The notes under the pieces are model-generated. The model saw only the letters and a program-made list of their open reading frames with translations, ran no database searches and was not told where the DNA came from. From a bacterium (GTDB taxonomy: Bacteria > Babelota > Babeliae > Babelales > JABCYS01), in assembly GCA_027452085.1 (NCBI GenBank), contig DAIDHG010000018.1:1-17784 (forward strand): a stretch of 17,784 nucleotides of DNA, written 5' to 3'. Position numbers and translations under genes: made by a program. Below are positions 15,364 to 17,784 of the stretch, one piece after another. Every line of letters starts with the position of its first letter. Position 1 is the first letter of the stretch.

Positions 15364-16266
15364 CTCGTGCTTCTTATTAACCTGATACAACCACCGAGCA
15401 AGTGAATCTAAATACACAGCAATTTTTTCATCTGGTTGGGCTGCTGGACCAACCGTTTCAACAGAGAAATCATGAGGAAGATAACTCTTGAGCACAATGT
15501 CTTGATAACCGATATACGGCTGGCTTGAAACAGCTAAAATTGAACCTGACTGCGGCTTCATACTCATCCAATGAACAATCGTATCTTGAGTTGTTGGCCG
15601 ATGCGACACCCCTTGATTATCTTCTTGAATAGGCACACTAACTACGGAAATAGTTATCTGCCTAAGTAATTCTTTTGGAAGTTGAACTTTACGCAGAATG
15701 AAATGAGCAAGATCGGTTTCTGTTTTTGGCATCTGATCTTCTTCAAACACCCACCCTTTCTTTACTGGTATTCGAGAGGTGTCCTTAAGAATTTTCACAT
15801 CATCAGCAGAGGCATCAAGCTCACGCGCTCCAGTCAGGAATAATAGTTGGTGAAACCGCACACCATTTTGCCAACAGTTGATAAGATAATTTAATCGAAA
15901 TTCCATATCATCGGCAGTAGAACCGAGAATCAAAGCGAAATCATATTCTGTGTGAGTCGGCCTGATGTCACTTACACAGCCGATCTCTGCAAGAAGCGCC
16001 ATAATTTTTTTTCGATCCGCTTCATTCAAGCTCAATTCAGGAATATTCCAGCGTTCTTTGCCCATTTCTCGCAGCCATTGATTTTGCGTTGCAGCAACTA
16101 TCGAGTTCAGGAAGCCATCGTGTGAAACATTCAAAGCTTCGAGAAGTTTTAAAAGAGACGTTGAGGGCTTGTTACTAGTATCCAGAATCAATTCTTGCTC
16201 CATAGTTTGAATGGGGAAGCAAAAAAACAATACGATCAAACTAAGGTGAAAATGATAATCAACCAC
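15352..16266 (-). CDS. Secreted hypothetical protein, possibly YdcF/ElyC (DUF218)-like
   Basis: Signal-like N-terminus ending IQT-MEQ; motif order YDFALILG, LLFLTGAR, TETDL, RPTTQDT, ILAVSSQPY and DSLARWLY parallels the DUF218 Rossmann-like fold (inference). Confidence 0.75.
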   Translation of the reverse strand: MVDYHFHLSLIVLFFCFPIQTMEQELILDTSNKPSTSLLKLLEALNVSHDGFLNSIVAATQNQWLREMGKERWNIPELSLNEADRKKIMALLAEIGCVSDIRPTHTEYDFALILGSTADDMEFRLNYLINCWQNGVRFHQLLFLTGARELDASADDVKILKDTSRIPVKKGWVFEEDQMPKTETDLAHFILRKVQLPKELLRQITISVVSVPIQEDNQGVSHRPTTQDTIVHWMSMKPQSGSILAVSSQPYIGYQDIVLKSYLPHDFSVETVGPAAQPDEKIAVYLDSLARWLYQVNKKHELCN

Positions 16267-16528
16267 CGACCGCTCGCACTCTTAATAAAATACGAGCTAC
16301 TAAACGCTGGCAGTCGTTATAATCAGCTTGGCATAGGTTCTCTCTATCCTTCACGCTATTTAATCCCCAGGGGTCCCGCCGTGGGTCTACGAATTCAACA
16401 CGCCGGATACATTGCCAAAATTGCTGAGCACAAGCATTTTGATTCTCGCGCAACGGGGATGACGTAACGTGGGAGGCGAGCATAGGCAGTGAAAAAAGAG
16501 TGAAGATAATCAATCGCGCAAAATTCAT
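16259..16528 (-). CDS. Small secreted protein with twin CX6C motifs
   Basis: AAGGA RBS; signal peptide MNFARLIIFTLFSLPMLA; CAQQFWQC and CQADYNDC; lies in an operon-like run with a 9-nt gap after cdd and an 8-nt overlap with the next gene. Confidence 0.7.
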   Translation of the reverse strand: MNFARLIIFTLFSLPMLASHVTSSPLRENQNACAQQFWQCIRRVEFVDPRRDPWGLNSVKDRENLCQADYNDCQRLVARILLRVRAVGG

Positions 16529-16537
16529 GCTGGGTCC

Positions 16538-16987
16538 TTATAAATTTTCTGGCCCAAACCCATACGGCAGCAAATCATTTATTGTTGTTATGATGATGTC
16601 GCTCTTTGCCGTATTGGAAAAGATCACTTCCATATTCTTTTTCGATCCCTGCGCGGCTTCAAAAAGCATTTGCCGGCATGAGCCGCATGGCGCTACTGGC
16701 TTCTCGGCTGGTCCCATTTCGCTGCGGCCAATTATCGCAATGGCTTTTACCGATCGGTGCCCCTGGGCATAGGCTCCTACCAATGCCGACCGCTCACCGC
16801 AGATTGTGCTGCCATACGCCGCATTTTCTACATTAGCACCCGTTACCACTGCATCATTTTCGGTGAGGATGCCGGCACCAACATTAAATTTTGAATAGGG
16901 AGCATAGGAAGATGCCATGGCTTTTTCAGCTGCATCTAAAAGTAATTGTTGCGTGCGTGTAAGGTCGGTGTAGGTAAGATGTGCCAT
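16538..16987 (-). CDS. cdd: Cytidine deaminase (homotetrameric type)
   Basis: APYSKFNVGA, GANVENAAY, CGERSA, PCGSCRQ, DLLPYGF. Confidence 0.95.
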   Translation of the reverse strand: MAHLTYTDLTRTQQLLLDAAEKAMASSYAPYSKFNVGAGILTENDAVVTGANVENAAYGSTICGERSALVGAYAQGHRSVKAIAIIGRSEMGPAEKPVAPCGSCRQMLFEAAQGSKKNMEVIFSNTAKSDIIITTINDLLPYGFGPENL

Positions 16988-16992
16988 AGGTA

Positions 16993-17784
16993 TTAATGGT
17001 TTTGCCAGCCCTGTTCTTGATCTTCAAATTTAGTCAGGTCCCGAATGAAGTTGAGAAACACCGTGCCGGTTGGTCCGTTACGCTGCTTTCCAACGATCAA
17101 CTCAGCCAACGCAGGGTTTTCCGTTTCGGGATTGTAGACGATATCACGGTACAAAAACATAATCAAATCGGCATCTTGCTCGATCGCACCGGATTCACGT
17201 AGATCGGAAAGCAACGGCCGCTTATCCATACGAGCGTCGACGGCACGAGACAACTGCGATAAAGCGATAATAGGAATGCTCAACTCTTTTGCAAGTGCTT
17301 TGAGCGCTCGAGATATATCTGAAACTTCTTGGTGGCGATTTTCGTGCCTACGCGCTGGATTTAAAAGTTGAAGATAATCGATAATTAAGAAATTGAGATT
17401 GTGCTCAGCTTTTAACTTTCGTGCCTTTGCGCGAAGATCCATCACTGAAATGCCCGGCGTATCGTCAATAAACAATTTAAGCTGGGCCAACTTGCTGGCG
17501 GTATTGGTTACCTCTATCCATTCGTCTGAGGTAATTGACGCATTACGCAAATTTTGATGGCTCACCCCTGATTCGGTGGAGAGCAAACGAAGTGTGAGCT
17601 GCTCGGCAGACATTTCCAAAGAGAATACACCCACACTAAATCCATCAAGCGCTGCGCGGGTGGCCACATTTAATGCCAAGGCGGTTTTACCCATTGATGG
17701 TCGTGCTGCCAATACTATAAGATCACTGCTTTGGAAACCGGAAGTCATTTCATCAAGCTTAAAGTAGCCGGATGGAATGCCGGT
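16993..17784 (-). CDS. dnaB: Replicative DNA helicase DnaB, C-terminal part (5' end outside the window)
   Basis: Frame open to the window edge (TGIPSGYFKLDEMTSGFQ); AARPSMGKT, FSLEMS, IIDYLQL, LSQLSR, DLRESGAIEQDAD, KQRNGPTG. No intein in the visible part. Confidence 0.98.
   Translation of the reverse strand, partial: TGIPSGYFKLDEMTSGFQSSDLIVLAARPSMGKTALALNVATRAALDGFSVGVFSLEMSAEQLTLRLLSTESGVSHQNLRNASITSDEWIEVTNTASKLAQLKLFIDDTPGISVMDLRAKARKLKAEHNLNFLIIDYLQLLNPARRHENRHQEVSDISRALKALAKELSIPIIALSQLSRAVDARMDKRPLLSDLRESGAIEQDADLIMFLYRDIVYNPETENPALAELIVGKQRNGPTGTVFLNFIRDLTKFEDQEQGWQNH

Noticed and set aside
16538..16987. Deaminase as a toxin or anti-phage effector
   Set aside because: All motifs match housekeeping tetrameric Cdd; CGER for CAER is a minor variant and there is no defence context.
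1..17784. CRISPR array, tRNA, rRNA, IS or prophage
   Set aside because: No regularly spaced repeats, cloverleaf, rRNA-like sequence, transposase, integrase or phage structural module seen by eye.

Overview
Bacterial chromosomal window. Intact housekeeping replication/repair genes (dnaN-recF at the left end, an isolated ruvC in the middle, cdd and the 3' part of dnaB at the right end) frame about 14 kb of mostly secreted or lipoprotein hypothetical genes. These include two leucine-rich-repeat proteins sharing an N-terminal cap, a BclA/C1q-like fibre protein, an alpha/beta hydrolase lipoprotein and a DUF218-like protein. The gene mix suggests a protist-associated intracellular bacterium such as Ca. 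Dependentiae/Babelota (inference only). Main leads: (1) a translationally coupled tandem pair of large secreted paralogues carrying a clan-CD (caspase/legumain/C80-type) GHG...SCYAAG His-Cys dyad; (2) a roughly 118-nt candidate sRNA after recF, with promoter, 5' hairpin, anti-Shine-Dalgarno seed and terminator, whose seed is complementary to the RBS and start codon upstream of the neighbouring LRR gene; (3) two accessory genes whose best RBS and ATG are one base out of frame with the main ORF, next to a 5-nt homopolymer. No rRNA, tRNA, CRISPR array or mobile element was seen.
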